A stretch of 64,000 nt of DNA from Candidatus Omnitrophota bacterium (GCA_030650275.1 JAUSEK010000008.1:811-64810), one strand, 5' to 3'; positions 43,501 to 52,525 are shown, numbered from the stretch's first letter. Notes: generated by a model not told the origin, from the letters alone. Made by a program: numbers and translations.

Positions 43501-43851
43501 GTGGGTATTTCTATCGGGGGAGGATGGACAGCCGCTCCCGTAGATATAAATCCTTTTGTGCCTAAAAATTTTACTGCTCCTGTAAGAAAAGAGATGAATC
43601 CTGTGGATAGTAAGGATACGAAAAAGGATAAAGCTATGTTGAATAAAGGCGGTATTGATTTGAATGCCGTTGATAAGAATTTACAGGTAAAAATGGATTC
43701 CCTCCTTCGCGGGAATGACAAGGAGGGGGTCAAATTCAACATCAACCCCGTTATCTTGGAGCAATTGCAAAACGCCCCGGGCTTTGTGCCGGTCATTATC
43801 AACATCCAGCCCATGAATGATCTCCATTTGTTTCTGGGGATCCAAAATTAA
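40531..43851 (+). CDS. Large secreted multidomain protein: signal peptide + ~430-aa scaffold + M28 peptidase + HExxH domain + GGIDLN C-terminal domain
   Basis: MYLNPRIRRFLALGLLFAF..AYA signal peptide; SAHFDT, GADDNGSG, DEEYG, IDSIG, SD, HT..D M28 motifs; HELGH; ATG 40531 follows TTGGCA..TATACT. Confidence 0.8.
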   Translation: MYLNPRIRRFLALGLLFAFLGNGLTLPPAYADVGAIINRPYMPAPGTRIGLSPAFNPPVLKGLKVHPDNPFRFDFILDQGDSLPLVGRAREGDKQEELKQEANKLIKYFLASLTVPEKDLWVNLSPYEKDRIVPTSFGQTEMGRDLLAQDYLLKQITASLIYPEDEFGKKFWNRIYQEAAKRYGTTNIPVNTFNKVWIVPEKAVVYENAQAGTAYVVESKLKVMLEQDYLALEHQGRVLQSHYGTRPAHQLAGALSGPAYSPDQRPAPRGDVNALGSQVVREIVIPALTKEVNENKNFAQLRQVYNSLILATWYKKKIKDSILLQVYADKNKISGIGYATPTRGHVPQNVSPSTLPTNQALNVKAPQGNPPNDVEAIYQQYLTAFKKGVYNYIKEEQDPITQQMIPRKYFSGGATMGQTEKILDVVDEAMLGSERVDRIINGIKKATLVILTAGLVLSPGDTRPTHLPHQTTITLDKSVERTITDAVNTLPYFEWRVMGAKDNLKVAQFIDQNLMVYYAADSGPIRQVNRPTVFYRDIPQVGPAYIAAMIPGTEGARRRHIVLSAHFDTRSMYGADDNGSGISSLLAIARAAVNYTFRDNVYFIFTNDEEYGKLGARAAVKDLQDVGINDGNVFFIDIDSIGQSHLSLSKEGTKPDIWLSKPIVSKGQDAVSVLEKEVRNVLSNDPPFNLHNDINDVSAFETLPSDASAYTLYGYPALTVSGIPWGKSTILHTEKDSPDKVSPTSIYQITRWILSSLHQLARGEKDIVWQASVSYIPLTSAGIDRTERNYLTDTQRLFESYGLSFQSRHAVSLDEYELLSRWMSFIREKFPGYREHFKGIIYDLSSGIAHANRQTRMIEFGFPLRSKAIWLPYGYSLKSGVWYASADLVLTHELGHFISEDGLRKQGVDLHRSGYIGDLHTPEELFATDLALWLLYGNLKSAPAVFLDHYIHGDYDFKTGQLTTIMKEEPKNIVPWEIQRMNLIKKAAQAVGISIGGGWTAAPVDINPFVPKNFTAPVRKEMNPVDSKDTKKDKAMLNKGGIDLNAVDKNLQVKMDSLLRGNDKEGVKFNINPVILEQLQNAPGFVPVIINIQPMNDLHLFLGIQN

Positions 43852-43864
43852 ATAGCCATGTTCT

Positions 43865-43894
43865 GGATTCCCGACAGAAGCATTCGGGAATGAC
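43865..43894. repeat. ATTCCC-N-GGGAATGAC palindromic repeat
   Basis: GGATTCCCGACAGAAGCATTCGGGAATGAC; relatives at 43695, 55537 and 63966. Confidence 0.7.
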
Positions 43895-43948
43895 ACATAA
43901 AAATATCACTTCCCCGTTGACTTCCCGTCGATTGACCGTTAAATTAAA

Positions 43949-46900
43949 ATGTATATGCATTTTAAACGTTTGGAAATTTTTGGCTTTAAGTCCTTTGCCG
44001 AGAAGACCGTGCTGGAATTCCAGCCCGGCCTCACCGCCATCGTCGGGCCCAACGGCTGCGGCAAGAGCAATGTCTTTGACGCTGTTCGTTGGGTCTTAGG
44101 CGAGCAGAGTGTTAGGGAATTGCGCGGCTCGTCCATGGAGGACGTGATCTTCAACGGCACCGACAGCAAGCCCCCCCTGGGGTTCGCCGAAGTCAGCTTG
44201 ACCTTTTCCAACGAAAAGAAGATCCTCCCCATTGAATACGACGAGGTCACCGTCACCCGGCGGCTGTTCCGTTCCGGGGAAAGCGAATATCTCATCAACA
44301 AGAACGTTTGCCGCCTGAAGGACATCGTTGAGCTCTTTTTGGGCACCGGTGTCGGGGCGGAAGCGTATTCTTTGATCCAGCAGGGCAAGGTGGACTTAGT
44401 CGTCAGCGCCAAGCCCGAAGACCGCCGCCAGATCTTTGATGAGGCCGCCGGCATCACCAAATATAAAGCCAAGAAAAAAGAGGCGCTGGGCAAACTCAAG
44501 GAAACCGAAGACAATCTTTTGCGCATCAATGACATTGTCGTTGAGGTCAAACGCCAGATCGGCTCCATCGAGCGCCAGGCCAAAAAGGCCCAGCGTTACA
44601 AGGAGGACTTTGAGCGGCTCAAGAATTTCGAGGTCCTCATCGCCCATCGTCAGATGGCCCGGTTTGCCGCGGACATGCAGGAATTGACGGCCCGGAGCGA
44701 GGCCCTGCAGGCCAAGGAGGGTTCTTTAGCCGCCGAACTGCAAGAGGCCAACCGCCGTCTTGACCATGAAACAGCCCTCGTCGAAGAAATAGACGAAGCC
44801 ATCAGCGCCGCCAAGGCCAGGCAGATGCATCTGGAGAACGACAAGGACAGTTTCGGCCGTCAAATTATTTTAAATGAAGAACGTCTGGCGGACCTGGATA
44901 CGGTCTGTGCCCGCCTTGAGCAGGACAAAGCCGCGGCCTTGGCCCGCTGCAGTACAAACCAGGGCAAAATTGAAGAGATCCGTTCGGGCCTGGCCCAATT
45001 GTCTGAAAATTTGGCCACGGTGCAGGTCCGGCTGCAGGCCAGGAAGGACGCGCTGGCCGTCATCATGCACGCCATCGGCGAGGCGAAACTTTCCATCCAG
45101 AATTACGAGAACGAACAATTCCATTTGAATGGCCAGCAGGCGCGCGTCAAGAACCAATTGACCGACAACATGAAACGCGTCACGGAATGCGCGGCGCGCA
45201 AGGACCGCCTGGAACATGAAAATAATAAAGTCATCGGCGAGCGCACGCAGGTCAGCCAAAAGGCCGAGGCCATCAACGCGGCCATTGCCCGGTCGGAGTC
45301 CATTTTGTCCTCCCTGTGGGCGGACCTGGAAGGCAAACGCGCGCATTTAGCCCAACTGAGATCGTCGCTGGCCGCGCAGGAAACAGCGGCGGACGATCTG
45401 GAAAAGAAGAAACTTTTCTTATTGTCCCAAAAAGATTTCGTCGCGAAGATGCAAACACAGTATCAGGACATCCCCGACCCGGTGGTGGAGGGCAAATTCA
45501 TTTCCTGCGTCCGTCCCAATGAACAGCAGACCGGCATCATCGGCAAGATCAAGGACATCCGGGTCATGGCCGGCGAAGCGGTGCGCGAACTCTATGAGAT
45601 CACCTGCGCGACCAAATATGTTGAACTCGATCTGCGGCATATGGACGAGCGCATCAGTGTCCTTGACGCCCAATTGGCCCGGGCGCTTGAGGCCAAAGCG
45701 CAAATAGTCCTGACCATTGACGCCCGCAATGCCGAAATAGACGCGGACCTTAAGCATATCCAGGAGGGGGAAAAAGGATTTTCCGTCCTGGAAGCGCAGA
45801 AAAATAACATTGAGCAGGAAAGCGGAAAGATCACCGGTGAATTGGACCTGATCGTCACGGAATCGGCCCAGGTGGGAACGGATCTGGCCGCGTTAAGGAC
45901 CCAGGAAAGCGAATTGTCCCAGACGCTGGAGGGCATTACCGGACAGATCCGGCGCTGCCAGGACGATGTCAAAGCCAAGGCCGGATGGATCGCGGCCCAG
46001 CATAAAGAGCGTGAGGACATGGGGCTGGCCATCGTGCAGGTGGAGGCCGAAGTGCTTTCCGCGGCGGACAAACGGAAGTCCCACGAGGAGAGCTGTTCGG
46101 TTTACACCCAAAATCTGGACCGTGACCTGGCGGACATCGCGCGTTTTGACCGGGAAAGCCAGGAGGCCCAGGCCAAGAAAACCGGACTTCATGAGGGGAT
46201 CGCGCAGTTGAATAGCCAGCTCGACGGGCTTAAAAGCCGCCAGGAAGCGCTGGCTGTTGAACTGGAAGGCCTTTTGGCCCAGAGATCCGAAATGACCGGC
46301 CGTTTGAACAGTTTGCGCGCCCAGACCCGCGGCGTCGAGGATGCGGTCATCGCTTTAAAGACCGACCGCCATAATGACGATTTGCGTCAGCAGGAGATCC
46401 ATTTTAACGAGCGCGCCCTGAAAGATAAACTTTTGCAGACCTATAAGATCAATTGGGACGAAAGCCCCGCCGCAGGCGGGGCGCCCGTCGACCAAACGCC
46501 GATCAATGAGGAAGAAGCCGCCGTTGAGATCGAAAATTTGAAGAAGCGCTGCGAGTCCTACGGCGCGGTGAATCTGGTCGCCATCGAGGAATTTGAGGAA
46601 TTAAAACAAAGGTTTGAGTTTTTGACCAAGCAGCAAAGCGACCTTTTGACCGCGCGCGAGGCCTTATTGCAGACCATCACCAAGATCAACCGCACCACCC
46701 GGCAGATGTTCACCGACACGTTCACGAGGGTCAATGAGGAATTTCAGGTGTATTTCCGCATGCTCTTCGGCGGCGGCCAGGCGCAATTGGTTTTGCAGGA
46801 CCCCGAGAATGCCCTGGAATGCGGCATTGACATCATCGCCCGTCCGCCGGGCAAGAAATTGCAGAATATTTCGCTTCTTTCCGGCGGCGAGAAGACGCTG

Positions 46901-47317
46901 ACGGCCATCGCGCTCATTTTCGGCGTTTTCAAGGTCAACCCCAGCCCGTTCTGCGTTTTGGACGAGATCGACGCGGCCCTGGACGAAAGCAATATCGGCC
47001 GTTTCGCCTATCTTTTGAAGGATTTCGTCAAGATCGCGCAATTCATCGTCATCACCCACAACAAAAAGACCATGGCCAACGCCGACATTCTTTATGGCAT
47101 CACCATGCAGGAGCGCGGCGTATCCCGCATTGTTTCGGTCAAATTTGATGGTTCGACGGCGCCTGCCCTGAGCAAAGCCGAAGGGCTCAGTGCAAGCGGC
47201 CAGAAAAAGTCTGTTCCGATCGAACCCTCCGCCAAAGGCGGATCCGCCTCCGGCGGAAAGGCCGAACCCAAGGCCGAAGCCCGTCTTGAACCCCAACCCG
47301 CGGTCGCGGGGGTTTAG
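43949..47317 (+). CDS. smc: Chromosome segregation protein SMC (atypically short hinge, repeat-derived tail)
   Basis: FKSF, GPNGCGKSN, IQQG, LSGGE, LDEIDAALD, QFIVITH, long coiled coils. Confidence 0.95.
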   Translation: MYMHFKRLEIFGFKSFAEKTVLEFQPGLTAIVGPNGCGKSNVFDAVRWVLGEQSVRELRGSSMEDVIFNGTDSKPPLGFAEVSLTFSNEKKILPIEYDEVTVTRRLFRSGESEYLINKNVCRLKDIVELFLGTGVGAEAYSLIQQGKVDLVVSAKPEDRRQIFDEAAGITKYKAKKKEALGKLKETEDNLLRINDIVVEVKRQIGSIERQAKKAQRYKEDFERLKNFEVLIAHRQMARFAADMQELTARSEALQAKEGSLAAELQEANRRLDHETALVEEIDEAISAAKARQMHLENDKDSFGRQIILNEERLADLDTVCARLEQDKAAALARCSTNQGKIEEIRSGLAQLSENLATVQVRLQARKDALAVIMHAIGEAKLSIQNYENEQFHLNGQQARVKNQLTDNMKRVTECAARKDRLEHENNKVIGERTQVSQKAEAINAAIARSESILSSLWADLEGKRAHLAQLRSSLAAQETAADDLEKKKLFLLSQKDFVAKMQTQYQDIPDPVVEGKFISCVRPNEQQTGIIGKIKDIRVMAGEAVRELYEITCATKYVELDLRHMDERISVLDAQLARALEAKAQIVLTIDARNAEIDADLKHIQEGEKGFSVLEAQKNNIEQESGKITGELDLIVTESAQVGTDLAALRTQESELSQTLEGITGQIRRCQDDVKAKAGWIAAQHKEREDMGLAIVQVEAEVLSAADKRKSHEESCSVYTQNLDRDLADIARFDRESQEAQAKKTGLHEGIAQLNSQLDGLKSRQEALAVELEGLLAQRSEMTGRLNSLRAQTRGVEDAVIALKTDRHNDDLRQQEIHFNERALKDKLLQTYKINWDESPAAGGAPVDQTPINEEEAAVEIENLKKRCESYGAVNLVAIEEFEELKQRFEFLTKQQSDLLTAREALLQTITKINRTTRQMFTDTFTRVNEEFQVYFRMLFGGGQAQLVLQDPENALECGIDIIARPPGKKLQNISLLSGGEKTLTAIALIFGVFKVNPSPFCVLDEIDAALDESNIGRFAYLLKDFVKIAQFIVITHNKKTMANADILYGITMQERGVSRIVSVKFDGSTAPALSKAEGLSASGQKKSVPIEPSAKGGSASGGKAEPKAEARLEPQPAVAGV

Positions 47318-47419
47318 GGGAATTTTCCAAAAAATAATTTTTTGACCTCTTCAGATTTATTTCATAACCCCATTGTCAATAAGCAGTTATACCCTTATCC
47401 TGTGCCGGCAAGCGCTTCC

Positions 47420-47448
47420 TTGACACTCCCATAGGTGCATGTTATACT
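47420..47448 (+). promoter_or_regulatory. Near-consensus sigma70 promoter for cvpA-dnaG-rpoD
   Basis: TTGACA-17 nt-TATACT with TG extension. Confidence 0.7.
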
Positions 47449-47473
47449 TGCACCTAAATTACTTAAAATCAAT

Positions 47474-48049
47474 ATGTTGACGCAATTTTTCAGATCCATC
47501 AATTGGGTTGATGTGGCACTGCTGGTTTTGTTCGTCCGTACGGTTTTTATCAGCGTCACAACCGGCTTTGTCGCAGAGGTTTTCAAGTTTTTGGGCCTTG
47601 TGACCGCGATCTTTGTCGGGTCGCATTATTACGCTTTTGCCGCGGAATTTTTGGCGAAAAAAACATCCCTGCCGCTGGCGGGCTTAAGGTTTTTGGTCTT
47701 TACCGTCCTTGTGTGCGCGGCCATCCTTGTTTTTAAATTCGCGCGTGACGGCATTTCGCTCTTATTTAAGGTAGAGACCAACCATCAGGGTTTTGACAAA
47801 TACGGAGCCGGCGTGTTGGGTGCTGTGCGCGGATGGCTTTTATGCAGTACGGTGCTGTTTGCCGTGTTCCTTGTGCCTCATCCTTTGGTCCATCGTCAGG
47901 CGTTCTCCTCGTGGGGGCATAAGGTGGCCGCCAGGGCGGCCCCGGATACATACAGTTTTTTGTTCCATCAGGTGATCGGCAAATTGTTCGAAAGCCAAAA
48001 GTTTAACGCGGACGTGTTCACGGTTGTCAGCGGCCAAAGTAAGATATAA
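47474..48049 (+). CDS. CvpA (colicin V production) family membrane protein
   Basis: NWVD, GFVAE, DK..A.VLGA.RG pattern, 4 TM helices. Confidence 0.8.
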   Translation: MLTQFFRSINWVDVALLVLFVRTVFISVTTGFVAEVFKFLGLVTAIFVGSHYYAFAAEFLAKKTSLPLAGLRFLVFTVLVCAAILVFKFARDGISLLFKVETNHQGFDKYGAGVLGAVRGWLLCSTVLFAVFLVPHPLVHRQAFSSWGHKVAARAAPDTYSFLFHQVIGKLFESQKFNADVFTVVSGQSKI

Positions 48050-48060
48050 GGCGTTTAGTT

Positions 48061-49845
48061 ATGGGTTTGATCCCCAATGATATCATCACGGCGGTCATCG
48101 ACCGTTCGGACATCGTCGAGACCATCGGGCAGTACATGGTCCTAAAGAAAGCCGGGCGTAATTTTAAGGGGCTTTGCCCGTTCCATCATGAAAAGACGCC
48201 GTCCTTCGTCGTCAACCCGGACAAACAGATCTTTCATTGTTTCGGTTGTGGTACCGGGGGCAATGTTGTCGGGTTTGTGATGCGCCAGGAACGCCTTGAA
48301 TTCCCCGAGGCCGTGCGGTTTTTGGCGGCCAAGGTCGGGGTGACGGTCCCCGAAACGGCCGCGGACGCCCAAAGCCCGTCGAAGAAGGTCCGCGACGATA
48401 TTTATAAGGCCAATGAACTGGCCTTGCAATTTTTTCACCAGGCGCTGTTGACGGGGCGTGATCCGGGAACACAAGCCGTTCGTGACTATTTAAAGAACCG
48501 CGGCATCAACCTGGACGCGGCCAAACAGTTCCAGTTGGGGTTCGCGCCCGGCGATTGGGACGGTCTTTTAAAATATTTGACCTCCAAAGGGCTTGGCCTT
48601 GATGTGATGCAGCAGGCGGGTTTGATCGTCGCCCGTGAGAATAAAAGCGGTTTTTACGACCGGTTCCGTAACCGGGTGATGTTCCCGATCTTTGATATTC
48701 AGTCCCGTCCCGTTGCGTTCGGCGGACGAGCCCTGCCTCGGCAGGCAGGCATGAGCGGCGATGATGGGGCCAAGTATATCAATTCTCCCGAAACACCGGT
48801 TTACACCAAAGGCCGGCACTTGTTCGGCCTTCATCTGACAAAAGCTGCTGCCGGGAAATTGGACCGTCTCATCGTGGTGGAAGGGTACATGGATATGGTG
48901 ACGCCTTTCACCCACGGGGTGCAGAACATAGCGGCCTCTTTAGGCACGGCATTGACCGTCGAGCAAATACGCCTGATCCGCCGCTACACCCCCAATGTCA
49001 CCATGCTCTTTGATACGGACCCCGCGGGCCAATCGGCGATCATCCGCAGTCTGGACCTGCTGATCGACGAGGAAATGAACACGCAGGTGGTCAAGCTTAA
49101 AGCGGACGAAGACCCGGACTCATTCATACGGTCATTCGGTATTGAGGCATTTTATGAACGTTTAGGTCAGGCCCAGTCCCTGTTCGATTATAAACTGGAC
49201 TGGCTGAAAGCCCATCATGACGCTGATACCGTCGAGGGCCGTTCAGAAATATGCCAGGAGATGCTGGGCACCATCGGCCGCCACAAGAACGAAGTCGTCA
49301 AGTTTGAGTTGACCAAAGAACTGGCCCAGAGGTTTGCGATCCCCCAGCAGGTGCTTTTGGACCAGGCCAAGAAATTGCCGCGGCCGTATTCATCGCCCGC
49401 GCCCGTTTTCGCGCCTGTTCCGGCGGTCTCCAGAGTCAACAAAACGGAGGAGATGCTGCTGGCCTTGTTCTTGTCCGACCCCTCGTGGGTCGCCCAGGCC
49501 CGGGATGTTTTAAGTCCGGGGGATTTTTCCGTGGCCGCGCGCGATATCGTTGAGGCGATGTGGCATTTAAGCCTTGAAGCGTCGGAATGGTCGGGCAATG
49601 ATCTTTTGTCCCTGATCCATGACGTGTCCTCCCAGGCGCTTGTAGCACGGCTGTTAAGCCAGGATGAAAAGAAATTGGGAGATCCCAAGAAAGCGTTCAA
49701 GGATTGCGTGGCCAAGATCCAAAAGTCCCACACGGACAAGCACAGGGACCAGTTGCGCCAGGCCATTGCGATGGCCGAGGCCCAAAAAAATACATCATTG
49801 ATCCATCAATTGCGTGGAGAGTTCAATGCGCTTATTAAAAAGTAG
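48061..49845 (+). CDS. dnaG: DNA primase
   Basis: [11 protein letters not shown] zinc finger, [29 protein letters not shown]. Confidence 0.96.
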   Translation: MGLIPNDIITAVIDRSDIVETIGQYMVLKKAGRNFKGLCPFHHEKTPSFVVNPDKQIFHCFGCGTGGNVVGFVMRQERLEFPEAVRFLAAKVGVTVPETAADAQSPSKKVRDDIYKANELALQFFHQALLTGRDPGTQAVRDYLKNRGINLDAAKQFQLGFAPGDWDGLLKYLTSKGLGLDVMQQAGLIVARENKSGFYDRFRNRVMFPIFDIQSRPVAFGGRALPRQAGMSGDDGAKYINSPETPVYTKGRHLFGLHLTKAAAGKLDRLIVVEGYMDMVTPFTHGVQNIAASLGTALTVEQIRLIRRYTPNVTMLFDTDPAGQSAIIRSLDLLIDEEMNTQVVKLKADEDPDSFIRSFGIEAFYERLGQAQSLFDYKLDWLKAHHDADTVEGRSEICQEMLGTIGRHKNEVVKFELTKELAQRFAIPQQVLLDQAKKLPRPYSSPAPVFAPVPAVSRVNKTEEMLLALFLSDPSWVAQARDVLSPGDFSVAARDIVEAMWHLSLEASEWSGNDLLSLIHDVSSQALVARLLSQDEKKLGDPKKAFKDCVAKIQKSHTDKHRDQLRQAIAMAEAQKNTSLIHQLRGEFNALIKK

Positions 49846-49871
49846 CAGGGGCGGGGTGACCCCGCCCGTAC
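49845..49871 (+). repeat. GTAG-type REP-like palindrome between dnaG and rpoD
   Basis: GCAGGGGCGGGG-TGA-CCCCGCCCGTAC. Confidence 0.65.
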
Positions 49872-49885
49872 GAGCAGAGGTTAAA

Positions 49886-51481
49886 ATGAGAGAACCGGCC
49901 AAAGAAAAAGAATTCCAGGAAGACCTGGACAAGTTGGTGCTGTTGGGCAAGAAGAAGGGTTTTTTGACCTATGAAGAGGTCAACGAGACCCTGTCCGACG
50001 CCATCGACTCTTCCGAGGACATTGACCAGGTCTTTGATATTTTAGACGGCAAGGACATCAAGGTCGTGGATGCCGGCGAAGAGACCCCCATCATCGCGGA
50101 GGACTCTCCCGAGGAAAGCCGCGAGCAGCAGGTGCGCCGCCTGCGCGAGGAGAACAAGGAGGATGATGTTTATTCCGACAAGTTCATCCCGCTCGACGAT
50201 CCGGTCAAGATGTACCTCAAGCAGATGGGATCCATTCCGCTTTTGACCCGCGAGGAAGAGATCTCTTTGGCCAAACGCATTGAAGAGGCGGAGATCCGTT
50301 TCGCCGAGGCCTTGTTCAAGACCTATTTCGCGCGCAAAGAGGCCATTGCCATCATCAACCAGGTCCTGCGCGAAGAGATCAACGCGGAAGACGTGATCAA
50401 GGATGAGCTCGAGCGCCGCAGCCGCCTGGTCAAAGATCTGGCCAAGATCCTGGAACACGTGCGCCATACCCGCGTGGGGTCTGACCTTTCCGCCAAATCC
50501 ATTGCCGAGTTCAAACTGACGTCCACGGTCAATGAAGACATTGTCATCAAGATCCAGGAGATCATTGAACAGATCGACCGCATTGACCGCATGCTCAAGG
50601 CCAAGAGAAAACAGGCCAATGCCGCGGAATTCAGGAAACAGAAGGCCGCGCTGTTCAAAGAATTGGGCGAGCCCGTCGAGCGCGTGAAAAACCAGCTGCG
50701 CGAGATCAAGTACCGCCAGTCGCGTTTCAATAAGGCCAAGAAACTGCTCGTCGAGGCCAATTTGCGCCTGGTCGTGTCCATTGCCAAGAAATACATCAAC
50801 CGCGGCCTGTCGTTTTTGGACCTCATTCAGGAAGGCAACATGGGCCTGATCCGCGCCGTGGAAAAATTTGAGTACAAGCGCGGCTACAAATTCTCAACGT
50901 ATGCCACGTGGTGGATCCGTCAGGCCATCACCCGTTCCATCGCGGACCAGGCGCGCACCATCCGCATCCCGGTGCACATGACGGAAACGATCAACAAGAT
51001 CATCCGCGTTTCGCGCGTGTTCGTGCAGGAATACGGCCGCGAACCGTCGGCGCAGGAGATCGCCAGGGAAATGCGCATGCCGGTCAGCAAGGTCAAAGAG
51101 ATCCTGAAGATCTCGCAGGTGCCGATCTCTTTGCAGACACCCATCGGCGACGAGGGGGACACGCATTTCGGTGATTTCATTGAGGACAAAAAGGCGGTGT
51201 CGCCGGCCAATGCCACGCTGCATTCCATGCTCAAAGAGGAGATCACCTCGGTGCTGTCTTCTTTGGATGATCGCGAGCGCAAAATTTTGGAATTGCGCTT
51301 CGGCATCATGGACGGCACCAGCCGCACGCTGGAAGAGGTGGGGGCGGAATTCAACGTGACCCGCGAGCGCGTGCGCCAGATCGAATCCAAGGCCCTGCGC
51401 AAATTGCGCCATCCCACGCGTTCCCGGCGCATCAAGTCCTTTTTGGACATGGCTGCCAAGGACGGGGAAGTCAGCATTTAA
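49886..51481 (+). CDS. rpoD: RNA polymerase primary sigma factor
   Basis: Region 1.1, [47 protein letters not shown]. Confidence 0.97.
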   Translation: MREPAKEKEFQEDLDKLVLLGKKKGFLTYEEVNETLSDAIDSSEDIDQVFDILDGKDIKVVDAGEETPIIAEDSPEESREQQVRRLREENKEDDVYSDKFIPLDDPVKMYLKQMGSIPLLTREEEISLAKRIEEAEIRFAEALFKTYFARKEAIAIINQVLREEINAEDVIKDELERRSRLVKDLAKILEHVRHTRVGSDLSAKSIAEFKLTSTVNEDIVIKIQEIIEQIDRIDRMLKAKRKQANAAEFRKQKAALFKELGEPVERVKNQLREIKYRQSRFNKAKKLLVEANLRLVVSIAKKYINRGLSFLDLIQEGNMGLIRAVEKFEYKRGYKFSTYATWWIRQAITRSIADQARTIRIPVHMTETINKIIRVSRVFVQEYGREPSAQEIAREMRMPVSKVKEILKISQVPISLQTPIGDEGDTHFGDFIEDKKAVSPANATLHSMLKEEITSVLSSLDDRERKILELRFGIMDGTSRTLEEVGAEFNVTRERVRQIESKALRKLRHPTRSRRIKSFLDMAAKDGEVSI

Positions 51482-51482
51482 T

Positions 51483-51510
51483 GTAGGGGCACGGCATGCC
51501 GTGCCCGTAC
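51483..51510 (+). repeat. GTAG-type REP-like palindrome after rpoD
   Basis: GTAGGGGCACGGC-AT-GCCGTGCCCGTAC. Confidence 0.75.
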
Positions 51511-51513
51511 GCT

Positions 51514-52176
51514 ATGAAACCAAAAATCGTTTTAGTCATTACCGACCAGGAAACCAACGCCCAGTTAGCCAAGCTGGGCGTTGGTCTTTTGGAGCTGCGC
51601 GTGGACCTGTTCAAAAGCCGCGCGCCTGATCATGTCGCCCGGCAGATCGCGCATCGCCGCAAACTCGGCATCCCGTTGTTATTGACGGTGCGTAATCAAA
51701 AGAAGGAAGGCGCGCTTAAAGAATTTTCCGATGCGGCCAAATGGGAAATTTTAGAACAGTTCATTCCGGCTGTGGATTGGGTGGATGTGGAGTTAAGTTC
51801 GCCTTTATGCGCTAAGGTTGTGGCTTTGGCGCGCAAGGCAGGCGCCAAGGTCGTGGTTTCGGCGCATGATTTCCGCCAGACCCCGCATCGCCTGGACGGT
51901 ATCCTCAAAAAAGCGTTGAGCACCCGGGCGGACATGGTCAAGATCGCGGCCTGGGCGCGCTCGTCCGGTGACATTCTCCGACTGCTTGAGTTCACGCTTC
52001 ACAACAAAAAACACCCTTTGGTCACCATGTCCTTGGGGCCGTGGGGAGCTGTATCCCGTCTTCTTCTGCCTTTGGCCGGCAGCCGCTGGGTGTATACCTT
52101 TTTGGGCACTCCCAAAGCCCCGGGCCAGGTGGATATCCACACCCTCCAGAGCCATCTGAAACTCTACTTCAAATAA
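51514..52176 (+). CDS. aroD: Type I 3-dehydroquinate dehydratase
   Basis: ELRVD, LLTVR..EG, VDVEL, SAHDF..TP, VKIA, MSLG..G.VSR, APGQ. Confidence 0.9.
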   Translation: MKPKIVLVITDQETNAQLAKLGVGLLELRVDLFKSRAPDHVARQIAHRRKLGIPLLLTVRNQKKEGALKEFSDAAKWEILEQFIPAVDWVDVELSSPLCAKVVALARKAGAKVVVSAHDFRQTPHRLDGILKKALSTRADMVKIAAWARSSGDILRLLEFTLHNKKHPLVTMSLGPWGAVSRLLLPLAGSRWVYTFLGTPKAPGQVDIHTLQSHLKLYFK

Positions 52177-52290
52177 TATAAATTATTTAGCCCCAAGCCC
52201 TTGCGCCCCAAGCAAAATGTATTGAAAAAACATGGGCGTTATGGTATCGTTTTAGGACTATTTTTGGGCGACATCCCGACTTTGGCGGGA

Positions 52291-52451
52291 TGAAAAGGGG
52301 TTGTTAAGGGGAAAAATCTTTTCCCCTTAAGCATGCGGATCAGTTTGACGGAGGGGTGTGACAGCCCCGCCAACGGCGGGGCGCCAGAAGGGGAACCTAT
52401 GGTTCCCCTGATGGAGAGTGAGCCCTGCGAAGCAATTGGCTAGGCGAACGA
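52291..52451 (+). other. Structured multi-hairpin element, copy 1, abutting the tRNA 5' end
   Basis: Four hairpins with conserved linkers; homologous to 52579..52714. Confidence 0.65.
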
Positions 52452-52525
52452 GGGCCCATAGCTCAGTCGGTCAGAGCAGGGGACTCATAATCCCTTGGTC
52501 CCAGGTTCGAGTCCTGGTGGGCCCA
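52452..52525 (+). tRNA. tRNA-Ile2 (CAU anticodon, lysidine type; Met not excluded)
   Basis: GGGCCCA/TGGGCCC acceptor stem, GGGGA-CTCATAA-TCCCT anticodon arm, GGTTCGAGTCC T arm. Confidence 0.9.

Noticed and set aside
39757-43948. Prophage or IS-bounded genomic island
   Set aside because: No integrase, transposase, att-like direct repeats or phage genes were detected around the accessory genes.
47363-47391. Possible dif/parS/oriC-type site (ATAAC...GTTAT imperfect palindrome) after smc
   Set aside because: It does not match dif, parS or DnaA-box consensus well enough to support a call.
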